Origin: Syntrophales bacterium | Lineage (GTDB): Bacteria > Desulfobacterota > Syntrophia > Syntrophales > UBA6807 | Length of the DNA stretch: 64,000 nucleotides | Assembly (NCBI GenBank): GCA_040767195.1 | Contig: JAXGPA010000001.1 | Coordinates: forward strand, 544,001-608,000 | Reading direction: 5' to 3' | Part shown: positions 38,476-48,251 of the stretch, in pieces | How positions within the stretch are numbered: the first letter of the stretch is position 1 | How the letters are laid out: the number at the start of each line of letters is the position of its first letter | Notes under the pieces: model-generated | Databases searched by the model: none | Told to the model about the DNA's origin: nothing | Seen by the model: the letters and a program-made list of their open reading frames with translations, nothing else | Position numbers and translations under genes: made by a program

Positions 38476-39486
38476 CTATTCAGGGTTGTAAATGAATTCT
38501 TCCTTGTCCTCGTTTGAAAAGGTGCTGAGCGGCGGCGGGCTGTCCATGTCGGCGCCCACCCGGTTGTCGTAAAGATCGAACCCGTCCTTGTCGAGTTTCT
38601 TCAGGAACGTGCGGAGATCCACCCCCATGGGGCAGACCTCGACGCAGGACCCGCAGTCGACGCACCGGCCCGCCATGTGAAAGATCCTCATGAGCTGGAA
38701 CATCTGGGTGTCCGAGGGGTCCACGGAAACCCCGATCCACGCGGGCTGGTTCTGCTCGGCGAAGCAGACCTTGCAGTAACAGGAGGGACAGGTGTTCCGG
38801 CAGGCGAAGCAACGGATGCACTTGGCCATTTCCTTCGTGAAGTAGGCCCATCTTTCCTCAATGGGAAGATTCTCGAAGGCGTCCACCTTGTCGTACTCCC
38901 CGCCGGCGTTCATGGGCGGGGCCGGTTCGCCGATGGTGATGTCGGAAATCACGGGATTGTTGAACGGGCAGGTCAGGCAGCTGTCGGAAAGGACCGACTC
39001 GAGGGGAACCGTCTTCGGCCCCGCCGACGTTTCGAGAACCAGGTCTTTCCCCTTCACTTCGGCGCCGGTAATCTCTTCACCCCCGACCGCCTCCGCCGCC
39101 TTCTTCTTCGAGACATATCCCGTGCAGGGAACACCGAGAACGACCACTTCGTCTCGGCCGTACTGCCTTTCCTGAAGATGAAGGACGATGGACCGGGTCG
39201 TGCACCCCCGGGCCACGATGCCCACCACTTTCTTCGTCCTCTCTTCCGGTTTCACCCGGACCTGGGAGGCCCGATGCTGGTGAATCAGGTCATGGGCGAA
39301 TTTCGCCAGGTTCTGGCTGCAGAAGGCATCCCAGACCAGCCGATGGACATCCTCCGGTTTTTCGATGAAGCAGGGAACGGACTGTAGGGGCAGGGTCCCT
39401 TTCTCGTAGCCGACGATGACGTCGACCTTTTTCGCCTCCAACAGCTTCTTCGCCTCTTCCCGAAGTTGATTTGCTACGTTTTCCAC
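38476..39486 (-). CDS. flxC: FlxC (4Fe-4S dicluster)
   Basis: CIRCFACRNTCPSCYC, HMAGRCVDCGSCVEVCP. Confidence 0.8.
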   Translation of the reverse strand: MENVANQLREEAKKLLEAKKVDVIVGYEKGTLPLQSVPCFIEKPEDVHRLVWDAFCSQNLAKFAHDLIHQHRASQVRVKPEERTKKVVGIVARGCTTRSIVLHLQERQYGRDEVVVLGVPCTGYVSKKKAAEAVGGEEITGAEVKGKDLVLETSAGPKTVPLESVLSDSCLTCPFNNPVISDITIGEPAPPMNAGGEYDKVDAFENLPIEERWAYFTKEMAKCIRCFACRNTCPSCYCKVCFAEQNQPAWIGVSVDPSDTQMFQLMRIFHMAGRCVDCGSCVEVCPMGVDLRTFLKKLDKDGFDLYDNRVGADMDSPPPLSTFSNEDKEEFIYNPE

Positions 39487-39612
39487 GGTCTATAATTCCT
39501 CGCTCCCGTTATTTGACACGCATTCTGGAATCCAGTGAGAACCCGCTCCCCGCCGGGAAGCGCTGAAAAACCTTTCCCCCGCCGGCCCGCAGGCCTGCCC
39601 CGGGCGGATTTT

Positions 39613-40050
39613 CTAAAAGGCCTTGACGAGCTTCTTCGCCGGCCCCTGGGCCTTCACCCGCTCGGTGACCCCTTTCACAACCTGGGCGAACCGGTCCCCC
39701 TCGGAGGCGGAACACCAGGTGAAGGTCACCCGCTCCGGCTCGATCCCCACGTAAGTGAGGAAGTTTTTAAGCATGTTGAACTTCCGCCGGGCGGACAGGT
39801 TTCCCGTAAGATAATGGCACTCCCCGGGGTGGCACCCCGACACGAGGACCCCGTCGGCCCCTTCCTGAAGGGCCTTCATGACGTAAAAGGGATTGATCCT
39901 GCCTGTGCAGGGAACCCGGATGAGCCGGACATTGGGTGGGTACTGGATCCGGCTGATTCCCGCCAGGTCGGCACCGGCATAGGTGCACCAGTTGCAGACG
40001 ATTCCGACGATTTTCGGTTCCCAGTCTTCCTGTGGTTTGTTTTCCGCCAT
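39613..40050 (-). CDS. mvhD: FlxD/MvhD-like [2Fe-2S] subunit
   Basis: CNWCTYAGAD, RVPCTGR, GCHPGECHY, WCSASEG. Confidence 0.92.
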   Translation of the reverse strand: MAENKPQEDWEPKIVGIVCNWCTYAGADLAGISRIQYPPNVRLIRVPCTGRINPFYVMKALQEGADGVLVSGCHPGECHYLTGNLSARRKFNMLKNFLTYVGIEPERVTFTWCSASEGDRFAQVVKGVTERVKAQGPAKKLVKAF

Positions 40051-40120
40051 ATGATCCCCGTTTCTCCTTCGTGTTGACGAACCCCTGTGGGTCTCGAGAT
40101 AGTCTTTTTTCGCGTCACCC

Positions 40121-43100
40121 CTACATGACCCGTATCTGCGACAGCACCTGCTCGTTCGTAAACCCGTTCAGATCGACGGCGTTCATCCGGCAGGAGGCCG
40201 TGCAGACCCCGCAGCCCTTGCAAAGGACGGCGTTGACCACCGCCGCGCCTTCCTTCAGATCCACGGCGATGGCCCCGAAGGGACAGTTCACTTCGCAGAG
40301 CCCGCAGGCCATGCAGCGCTCCTTGATGACATAGGCCGTTTTGCCCTCCGCCTCGATGAAGTCCTTCGTCAGGATCGTCAAGGCCCTGGAAACGGCGGCG
40401 TTCGCCTGGGTGATGGACTCGTCGCTGAACTTGGGCGCGTGGGCGAGACCGCACATGAAGACGCCGTCGGTGGCGAAATCCACGGGCCGGAGCTTCACGT
40501 GGGCTTCCAGGAAGAAGCCGTCCTGGTTCGTCGAGACCTTGAGCATCTTGGAAATGGCGTCGTTGTCCGGGTTGGGCGCCGTACCGACGCTGAGGGCGAG
40601 AAGACCCGCCTCGAGATTCACCGGCTCGTTCAGGATGGGGTCGAAGACGGCGATGTTGAGCTTCCCGCCGTTTTGCGTCACCACCGGCGGCCGGTCCTCG
40701 TCGTACCGGATGAACTGAACGTTCGCCTCCCGGGCCGCCTTGTAGTAGTCCTCCTTGAAACCGTAAGTCCGGATGTCCCGGTACAGGATGGTCACGTCCC
40801 GTTCCGGGTCCGCTTCCTTGAGCTTCAGGGCGTTCTTCACCGCCTCGCCGCAGCAGTAGCGGCTGCAGTAGGGCCGTTCCTTGTTCCGGGAACCGACGCA
40901 CTGGATCATGACGACGCTCCCCGACTCACCGGCCCGGGGGTCCTTCTCGGCGAGCATCTTCTCCAGCTCCCGCTGGGTGACCACCCGGTCGCTCTCGCCG
41001 TAGAGATACTCCTTCGTCTCCAGCTCATAGGCCCCCGTGGCGACGATGACCACGCCGTGCTCGAAGGTGGTTTCCTTGCCGCTCTGGTCGACGGTGGTCT
41101 TGTAGTTCCCGATGAAGCCCTCGAGGTTCTTGATGCCCGCGCCGACGAAGACGTGGATCTTGTCGTTCTTTTCCACCTTGTCGAGGAGATCCGCCAGGTG
41201 CTTCCGGGTGTCGAGCCCCTCCAGGGTGAAGAAGAGCTTGCGGTAATTCCCGCCCAGCTGGTCTTCCTTCTCCACGATGTAGGACTCGAACCCCTGGTCC
41301 GCCAGGGACAGGGCGGCGGTGATCCCCGCCAGGCCCCCGCCGATGATGAGGGCGTTGTGGTTCACGGCGAGCTGGCCCGCCTTGAGGGGTTTCAGGAACT
41401 GGGCCTTGGAAATGGCCATGCGGACGAGGTCCTTCGCCTTTTCCGTGGCCTTTTCCGGTTCGTTCATGTGGACCCACGAATCCTGGTCCCGGATATTGGC
41501 CATCTCGAAGAGATACCGGTTCAGGCCGCCCTTTTCGCAGTTCTCCTGGAAGAGCCCCTCGTGGGTCCGGGGCGAGCAGGAGGCGACCACGACCCGGGTG
41601 AGGTTCTCGTCCCGGATCACCTCGGTCATCTTGTCCGCCGTGTCCTGGGAGCAGGTGAAAAGGTTCTCGGCGACGTAGACCACGTTGGGGAGCGACTTGG
41701 CGTATTCCACCACCGCCGGGACGTCGACGACACCGCCGATGTTGATGCCGCAATGGCAGACGAATACGCCGACCCTCGGCCCCACGCCCCGGAGATCCTT
41801 TTCCATGGGAAGCTCTTCCTCCGCCACCATGGTTCCCCGGCGGGACGCCAGGAGACTCGAGGCGCAGGCGGCGGCGCCGCTCGCTTCCATGACCGTCTCG
41901 GGAATATCCTTGGGGCCGCCGAAGGCGCCGCAGACGTAAATTCCCTCTTTCGAGGTCTGGACAGGGTTGTCGAGCCGGGTCCGGCAGAACCCGTGCTCCT
42001 CCAGATCGATTCCCAGGGCGGCGGCCAGTTTCTCCGACTCCGGCGGGGGGGTTAGCCCCACGGAGAGGATGACCATGTCGAATTCCTCTTCCTTCAGGCT
42101 GCCGTCTTCCTGGACGTAGGTGAGAAGGAGGTTCTTCGTCTGCTGGAGTTCCTTGATGGACGACGGCATGGAGCGGATGTACCGGATGCCGTACTCGTCC
42201 TTCGCCCGGTTGACGAAGCGGTCGAAGTCCTTCCCGTGGGCCCGGATGTCCATGAAGAAGATGGTGGGCTCCAGGGTCTTCAGGTGTTCCTTCCCGATGA
42301 TGGCTTCCTTGGTGGCGTACATGCAGCAGACGGAGGAGCACCACGTGTTCCCGCAGTTCGTGTCCCGGGAGCCGACGCACTGGATGAAGGCCACCTTGCG
42401 GGGCTCTTTCCCGTCGGATATCCGCTGGACATGGCCGAAGTGGGGGCCCGAGGCCGACAGGATCCGCTCGAACTGGATGCTCGTCACCACGTTGTCGTAG
42501 ATCCCGAAACCGTATTCCCCCCGGAGGGTGGAATCGAAGACCTTGAAACCGGGGGCGGCGATGATGGAGCCGACCGCGATGGTCTCCTCTTCCTCTTTCA
42601 TGTCGTGATTGATGCAGCCGGCCAGGCAGGCGTCCACGCACATGTAGCACTCGGAACAGATGCCGCAGCTCAGGCACCGGCTGGCTTCCCGGACGGCCTC
42701 TTCCTCCGTCATGGGGAGAATCACTTCCTTGAAGTGGGTCCGCCGCTCTTCGGCGTCCAGGGCGGGCATGACCACCCTCTCCTCCTTGGGCACCTCTGAA
42801 ACATCCGCCTTGTCGGCCAGGTTCTCTTTCCAGTTCTTCTCCCGCCCGGCCCGGACATCCTCGCCCTTCAGGTACCGGTCGATGGAGACGGCCGCTTCCT
42901 TTCCCGCGTTGATGGCCTTGACCACCGTGGCCGGTCCGGTGACGTCGTCGCCGCCGGCGAAAACGCCCTCGACATTCGTGGCGAAGGTGACTTCATCGAC
43001 ATCGAAAGTGTTCCACTTGTTGACGGAAATGCCGCTTTCCCCGGGGATGAAGGACAGGTCGCCGGTCTGGCCGATGGCGGGGACGACGGCGTCGAGATCG

Positions 43101-44560
43101 ATGGTGAATTCGGAGCCTTTGATGGGTACCGGTCTCCGGCGGCCGCTGGCGTCGGGTTCGCCCAGCTCCATGCGGAGGCACTCGATCCCCGCAACCTTGC
43201 CGTCCTTGCCGATAATCCGGACAGGGGCGACGAGAAATTCCATGCGGATGCCCTCTTCCTCCGCCTCGTGGATCTCCTCGGGGGAGGCGGGCATTTCCGC
43301 CCTGGACCGCCGGTAGAGGATGAAGACGTCCTTCGAGCCCGTCCGGACGGCCGTCCGGACGGCGTCCATGGCCACGTTCCCGCCGCCGATGACGGCGACG
43401 CGGTCCCCCAGGAAGACCTTCTCGCCCAGGTTGACCCGCTTCAGGTAATCGATGCCGTGATAGACCCCTTCCAGGTCCTCGCCGGGGACGTCGAGCTTGC
43501 TGCTCACGTGGGAGCCCACGCCGATGAAGACGGCGTCGAAGTTCTTCCTGATCTCGTCGAAGGAGATGTCCTTCCCGACTTTCGTGTTGAGAACGATCTT
43601 GACGCCCAGGTCCTCCTCGATGATCTTTATTTCCGCATTGAGGACGTCCTTGGGAAGGCGGTACTCGGGGATGCCCACGGAAAGCCAGCCGCCCGCCACG
43701 GGCAGGGCTTCGTAGACCGTCACGTCATAACCCTCGACGGCCAGGTAATAGGCCGCCGTGAGCCCCGCGGGGCCCGCACCGATGATGCCGACCTTCTTGT
43801 TCTTCTTTTCCTTGATCTCGGGGACGTACTTCGTCTCGTCCTTGAGGTCCAGGTCGGCGACGAAGCGCTTGAGGTGCATGATGTCGATGGGGGTGTCCAC
43901 TTCCGCCCGCTTGCAGGCCTCCTCGCAGGGGTGGTTGCACACCCGGCCGCAAACGGAGGGGAAGGGGTTGTCCTTCTTGATGAGTTTCAGGGCGTCCTTG
44001 AACTTGCCCTTGGCGATGAGGGCCACGTAACCCTGGACGCTGATGTGGGTGGGACAGGCGGCCTTGCAGGGCGAGGTGCCCAGCTTGTCGATGGCGTAAC
44101 CGCTGGGAATGGCCTGGGGGAATTTCCGGTAGATGGCTTTCCGCGCGTCGAGCCCCTCGTTGAAGTCCGACGGGACGTCGACGGGACAGACGGCGGCGCA
44201 GTCCCCGCACCCCGTGCACTTGTCCAGGTCGATGAACCGGGGGGCCTTTTTCAGCTTCACGGTGAAGCGGCCCGGCTCGCCCTCCACGGCCTCAACGGTC
44301 CTCCGGGTCAGGATGTCCACGTTGGGATGGCGGCCCACTTCGACGAGCTTCGGGGACAGAATGCAGGCAGAACAGTCATTGGTGGGAAAGGTCTTGTCGA
44401 GCTGAGCCATGACACCGCCGATGCTGATGTCATTCTCGACGAGGTAAACCTTCATCCCCGAGTTGGCCAGGTCCAAAGAGGCCTGAATTCCGGCGATCCC
44501 GGAACCGACCACCATCACGGCGCCTATTTTTTCCTCTTCCCTGATCACGCTTTTATGCAC
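40121..44560 (-). CDS. hdrA: Large HdrA-like flavoprotein (HdrL type) with inserted GltD/NfnB-like module
   Basis: GSGIAG, LDKTFPTNDC, GAGPAG/GGGNVAMD insert, QCVGSR twice, CSSVCC, CHCG, second GGGLAG, terminal ferredoxin motifs. Confidence 0.9.
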   Translation of the reverse strand: MHKSVIREEEKIGAVMVVGSGIAGIQASLDLANSGMKVYLVENDISIGGVMAQLDKTFPTNDCSACILSPKLVEVGRHPNVDILTRRTVEAVEGEPGRFTVKLKKAPRFIDLDKCTGCGDCAAVCPVDVPSDFNEGLDARKAIYRKFPQAIPSGYAIDKLGTSPCKAACPTHISVQGYVALIAKGKFKDALKLIKKDNPFPSVCGRVCNHPCEEACKRAEVDTPIDIMHLKRFVADLDLKDETKYVPEIKEKKNKKVGIIGAGPAGLTAAYYLAVEGYDVTVYEALPVAGGWLSVGIPEYRLPKDVLNAEIKIIEEDLGVKIVLNTKVGKDISFDEIRKNFDAVFIGVGSHVSSKLDVPGEDLEGVYHGIDYLKRVNLGEKVFLGDRVAVIGGGNVAMDAVRTAVRTGSKDVFILYRRSRAEMPASPEEIHEAEEEGIRMEFLVAPVRIIGKDGKVAGIECLRMELGEPDASGRRRPVPIKGSEFTIDLDAVVPAIGQTGDLSFIPGESGISVNKWNTFDVDEVTFATNVEGVFAGGDDVTGPATVVKAINAGKEAAVSIDRYLKGEDVRAGREKNWKENLADKADVSEVPKEERVVMPALDAEERRTHFKEVILPMTEEEAVREASRCLSCGICSECYMCVDACLAGCINHDMKEEEETIAVGSIIAAPGFKVFDSTLRGEYGFGIYDNVVTSIQFERILSASGPHFGHVQRISDGKEPRKVAFIQCVGSRDTNCGNTWCSSVCCMYATKEAIIGKEHLKTLEPTIFFMDIRAHGKDFDRFVNRAKDEYGIRYIRSMPSSIKELQQTKNLLLTYVQEDGSLKEEEFDMVILSVGLTPPPESEKLAAALGIDLEEHGFCRTRLDNPVQTSKEGIYVCGAFGGPKDIPETVMEASGAAACASSLLASRRGTMVAEEELPMEKDLRGVGPRVGVFVCHCGINIGGVVDVPAVVEYAKSLPNVVYVAENLFTCSQDTADKMTEVIRDENLTRVVVASCSPRTHEGLFQENCEKGGLNRYLFEMANIRDQDSWVHMNEPEKATEKAKDLVRMAISKAQFLKPLKAGQLAVNHNALIIGGGLAGITAALSLADQGFESYIVEKEDQLGGNYRKLFFTLEGLDTRKHLADLLDKVEKNDKIHVFVGAGIKNLEGFIGNYKTTVDQSGKETTFEHGVVIVATGAYELETKEYLYGESDRVVTQRELEKMLAEKDPRAGESGSVVMIQCVGSRNKERPYCSRYCCGEAVKNALKLKEADPERDVTILYRDIRTYGFKEDYYKAAREANVQFIRYDEDRPPVVTQNGGKLNIAVFDPILNEPVNLEAGLLALSVGTAPNPDNDAISKMLKVSTNQDGFFLEAHVKLRPVDFATDGVFMCGLAHAPKFSDESITQANAAVSRALTILTKDFIEAEGKTAYVIKERCMACGLCEVNCPFGAIAVDLKEGAAVVNAVLCKGCGVCTASCRMNAVDLNGFTNEQVLSQIRVM

Positions 44561-44654
44561 CTCTGTTAGTGATTTTACCTACGTATAATTTAAGAATCCT
44601 GTCAAGTTCCTGCCAAAGATCACACGCTGTCAAAGGTCGTGAAAGAAACATTCA

Positions 44655-44785
44655 GGCAGCTTCGTAAAAAGATTCGGAGGCCGGGCGCCCGACTCCCAGG
44701 GAATGAGGCGTACGCATCTCAACGATACGCCGCAAAGGCGAGGGATGCAGGGAAACGCGGCACAGGGGCTTTCCGCGGAGCTGTC
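44655..44785. mobile_element. MITE-like short element with imperfect terminal inverted repeats
   Basis: GGCAGCTTCGTAAAAAG ... CTTTCCGCGGAGCTGTC, with internal GGCGTA...TACGCC palindrome. Confidence 0.55.
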
Positions 44786-44836
44786 AAAGACTGCAAACGG
44801 GGTCGGGTTAACAGATATTGGAAGGCCTGTCAAGGT

Positions 44837-45469
44837 CTATTTCGGGTCCTCTCCAGGACCGGCGGGAACCTCTTGAAGACCCGCCTCGGCCAGGGTTTTT
44901 CGGATCAGTCCCCACAGGGCGTCCTTACCCTCCCCGGTCCGGGCGGAGAATGGAACGACCGTCTCGTCGGAATCAAGTTCCAGGGCGGCCCGGATCTCCC
45001 CGGCCCGGCGCCGGCGGACGCCCCGGGAGAGCTTGTCCGCCTTCGACAGGGCGATAACGTGGGCACGGTTGTAAAAACGGAGCCACGCCAGGAGGGAAAG
45101 GTCCTGCTCCGACGGGTCCCGCCGGATGTCGAGGATGAGAACCACGAGCCGAAGGAGTTTCCTCTCCATGAGGTAGGCCTCCACCATGGGACCCCAGGAT
45201 GCCCGGACGGCCTCGGGCACCCGGGCGTACCCGTACCCGGGCAGGTCGACGAAGACCCAGGTGTCGTTGATGAGAAAAAAATTGAGCATCTGGGTCTTGC
45301 CGGGGGTGGCGCTCGTGCGGGCCAGTTTCTTCCGGTTCACCAGGGTGTTGATGAGGGAGGATTTCCCCACGTTGGACCGGCCGGCGAAAGCGATCTCCGG
45401 AAGAGAGAGGTCGGGATAGTGGCGGGCGGATGCCCCGCTTTTGAGGAACCGGGCCGTATTTATTTTCAA
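44837..45469 (-). CDS. engB: Ribosome biogenesis GTPase YihA/YsxC
   Basis: GRSNVGKSS, PGKT, DLPGYG, SKADK. Confidence 0.95.
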   Translation of the reverse strand: MKINTARFLKSGASARHYPDLSLPEIAFAGRSNVGKSSLINTLVNRKKLARTSATPGKTQMLNFFLINDTWVFVDLPGYGYARVPEAVRASWGPMVEAYLMERKLLRLVVLILDIRRDPSEQDLSLLAWLRFYNRAHVIALSKADKLSRGVRRRRAGEIRAALELDSDETVVPFSARTGEGKDALWGLIRKTLAEAGLQEVPAGPGEDPK

Positions 45470-45667
45470 GGTTCGCCTCCCTTTGCCGGACCTCGCGGCG
45501 GTCCCGCTGGTTCTCCCGCCGTCAGGCCGTCACAATTTCACAATTTTCGCTCCATGGCAAGCGGTTTTGAAATCTCCCCGCACCGTTCTTTCCCTCTTTC
45601 ATGTTGACTTGCCGGATCAAAGTTGATAGTAGTTTTTCGGTTGTACATCACGCTCCAGGAGGGCCCC

Positions 45668-48073
45668 ATGAAAGGCGAAAAATATGTCCTGTGGTTTGAC
45701 GAACTCGAACTCGACGATATCCCGGAAGTGGGCGGGAAAAACGCATCCCTCGGTGAAATGAGAAGGGAACTGACCGCCAAGGGGGTCAGCATTCCCGACG
45801 GCTTCGCCGTCACCGCTTTCGCCTATCGGCACCTTCTCGAAACATCGGGAATCGAGGAAGAAATCGAGAAGGCCCTGTCGGATCTCGATACCCACGACAT
45901 TCAGAACCTGAGCGACCGGGGCGCCAGGATACGCTCCCTCATCTACAACGCCGAGCTCCCCGGCGATCTTCGGGACGCCATCGCCGAGGCCTACGGGAAA
46001 CTCTGCGAGGAATACGGGGAAAACACCGACGTGGCCGTCAGGAGTTCCGCCACGGCGGAAGACCTTCCCGACGCCAGCTTCGCCGGACAGCAGGAGACCT
46101 TCCTGAACATACGGGGAACCGACGGCGTCATCGACGCCTGCAAGAAATGTTTCGCTTCCCTCTTTACGAACCGTGCCATTTCCTACCGGGAGGACAAGGG
46201 TTTCGACCACATGTCCGTCTACCTGTCCATCGGTGTCCAGAAAATGGTCCGGTCGGACATCGACGCCTCGGGAGTCATCTTTTCCATTGACACGGAATCG
46301 GGATTCAAGGACGCCATTCTCGTCACCGCTTCCTACGGCCTCGGCGAAATGGTCGTCCAGGGAACGGTCAATCCCGACGAGTTCTACGTTTTCAAGCCGA
46401 CCCTCCTCAAGGGGTTCCGGCCCATCGTCCAGAAAAAACTCGGCTCCAAGGAAGTCAAGATGATCTACGCCGAAGAGGGGGAGAAATCGACGGCCATCGT
46501 CCCCGTTCCCCCGGAAGACCGCCAGCGTTTCTGCGTCAGCGACGACGACATCCTGACACTGGCCCGCTGGACCGCCATCATCGAGGACCACTATTCGGAA
46601 AAAGCGGGTTATTTCAAACCCATGGATATCGAGTGGGGGAAGGATGGGAAAACCGGCGAGCTTTTCATCCTCCAGGCCCGGCCGGAAACGGTCCAGTCCC
46701 AGAAGGACGTGACGGTCCTTGAAACCTACGCGCTGAAGGAAACGAAACCTCCTCTCGTGACGGGAACGGCGGTGGGATCCAAGATCGGCGCCGGTCCCGT
46801 ACGGACCATCGAGAGCGTGGTCAACATCAAGGAATTCAAGAAGGGCGAGGTCCTCGTTACGGACATGACCGACCCCGACTGGGAGCCCATCATGAAAATC
46901 GCCGCGGCCATCGTGACGAACAAGGGCGGCCGGACCTGCCACGCCGCCATCGTGAGCCGCGAGCTCGGCGTCCCCTGCATCGTCGGGACCGGAGACGGGA
47001 CGGAGAAACTGAAAGGCGTTAAGGAGGCCACCGTGTCCTGCGCCGAGGGGGAGATCGGCAACGTTTACGAAGGCATCCTGAAATACGACATCGACCGGGT
47101 CAACCTGACGGACATGAAGCGGCCGCGAACCGCCATCATGATGAACGTGGGAAACCCGGAAAACGCCTTCAACATCGCCCACATCCCCAACGACGGCGTC
47201 GGTCTCGCCCGGCTGGAGTTCATCATCAACAATTTCATCCGGATCCACCCCATGGCGCTGGTCCACTTCGACAAGGTCACCGATCCGGAAATCGGGAAGG
47301 AAATCGAAGAACTTACCCGGGGATACGCCAACAAGACGGACTTCTTCGTGGACAAGCTCGCCCAAGGCGTGGCCAAGATCGGAGCGGCCTTCTACCCCAA
47401 TGACGTCATCGTCCGGATGAGCGACTTCAAGAGCAACGAATACAAGAACCTCATCGGCGGCATTTACTTCGAGGAAGACGAAGAAAATCCCATGATCGGC
47501 TTCCGGGGCGCCTCCCGTTACTACGATGAGCGATACCGGGAAGGCTTCGCCCTGGAGTGCAAGGCCATGAAAATCGTCCGGAACGACATGGGCCTGTCCA
47601 ACGTGAAGCTCATGATCCCCTTCTGCCGAACCGTAGAAGAAGGAAAGCGGGTCATTCAGGTCATGAAGGACAACGGCATCGTCCAGGGGGAAAACGGCCT
47701 GGAGCTCTACATGATGGTGGAGATCCCCAGCAACGTGGTCCTCATCGAAGAGTTCGGCAAGGTCTTCGACGGTTTCTCCATCGGTTCGAACGACCTCACC
47801 CAGCTCACCCTGGGCCTCGACCGCGACTCGGCCATGGTGTCCCACATCTTCGACGAGCGGAACGGCGCCGTCATGGATCTCGTGAAGATCGCCATATCGA
47901 AAGCCAACAAAATGGGCAAGAAAATCGGGATCTGCGGCCAGGCCCCGAGCGACTATCCCGAGTTCGCACGCTTCCTCGTGGAGTGCGGGATCAACAGCAT
48001 GTCCCTCAACTCGGACACGGTTATCAAGACGACCCTGGATATCCTGGAAACGGAAAAGAGTCTGGGGGTCTAA
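45668..48073 (+). CDS. ppsA: Phosphoenolpyruvate synthase
   Basis: VGGKNASLGEM, RSSATAED, GGRTCHAAIVSRE, SIGSNDL, ICGQAPSD; AGGAGG RBS before ATG 45668. Confidence 0.96.
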   Translation: MKGEKYVLWFDELELDDIPEVGGKNASLGEMRRELTAKGVSIPDGFAVTAFAYRHLLETSGIEEEIEKALSDLDTHDIQNLSDRGARIRSLIYNAELPGDLRDAIAEAYGKLCEEYGENTDVAVRSSATAEDLPDASFAGQQETFLNIRGTDGVIDACKKCFASLFTNRAISYREDKGFDHMSVYLSIGVQKMVRSDIDASGVIFSIDTESGFKDAILVTASYGLGEMVVQGTVNPDEFYVFKPTLLKGFRPIVQKKLGSKEVKMIYAEEGEKSTAIVPVPPEDRQRFCVSDDDILTLARWTAIIEDHYSEKAGYFKPMDIEWGKDGKTGELFILQARPETVQSQKDVTVLETYALKETKPPLVTGTAVGSKIGAGPVRTIESVVNIKEFKKGEVLVTDMTDPDWEPIMKIAAAIVTNKGGRTCHAAIVSRELGVPCIVGTGDGTEKLKGVKEATVSCAEGEIGNVYEGILKYDIDRVNLTDMKRPRTAIMMNVGNPENAFNIAHIPNDGVGLARLEFIINNFIRIHPMALVHFDKVTDPEIGKEIEELTRGYANKTDFFVDKLAQGVAKIGAAFYPNDVIVRMSDFKSNEYKNLIGGIYFEEDEENPMIGFRGASRYYDERYREGFALECKAMKIVRNDMGLSNVKLMIPFCRTVEEGKRVIQVMKDNGIVQGENGLELYMMVEIPSNVVLIEEFGKVFDGFSIGSNDLTQLTLGLDRDSAMVSHIFDERNGAVMDLVKIAISKANKMGKKIGICGQAPSDYPEFARFLVECGINSMSLNSDTVIKTTLDILETEKSLGV

Positions 48074-48100
48074 GAAGACAACAACAGCAAGACGAGCAAG

Positions 48101-48243
48101 ACGGGGACAGATTTGAAATCTGTCCCCGTTCCTTTTTGTTAAATCTGCCCACCTCTTGTCCTTGTCCCCGTTCCTTTGTTTTTACCTTCCACGAACTAAA
48201 AACAAGAAAGGGGGGACGGATTTAAATCAGTCCCCCCTTTCTT
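48101..48243. repeat. Cluster of GGGGAC-tagged REP-like palindromes
   Basis: ACGGGGACAGATTT-G-AAATCTGTCCCCGT (48101-48129) and AAGAAAGGGGGGAC...GTCCCCCCTTTCTT (48204-48243), with partial copies between. Confidence 0.85.
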
Positions 48244-48251
48244 TTCTTATT

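Noticed and set aside
39613..44560. Selenocysteine in HdrL or MvhD
   Set aside because: Both frames are uninterrupted, with Cys codons at the relevant motifs.
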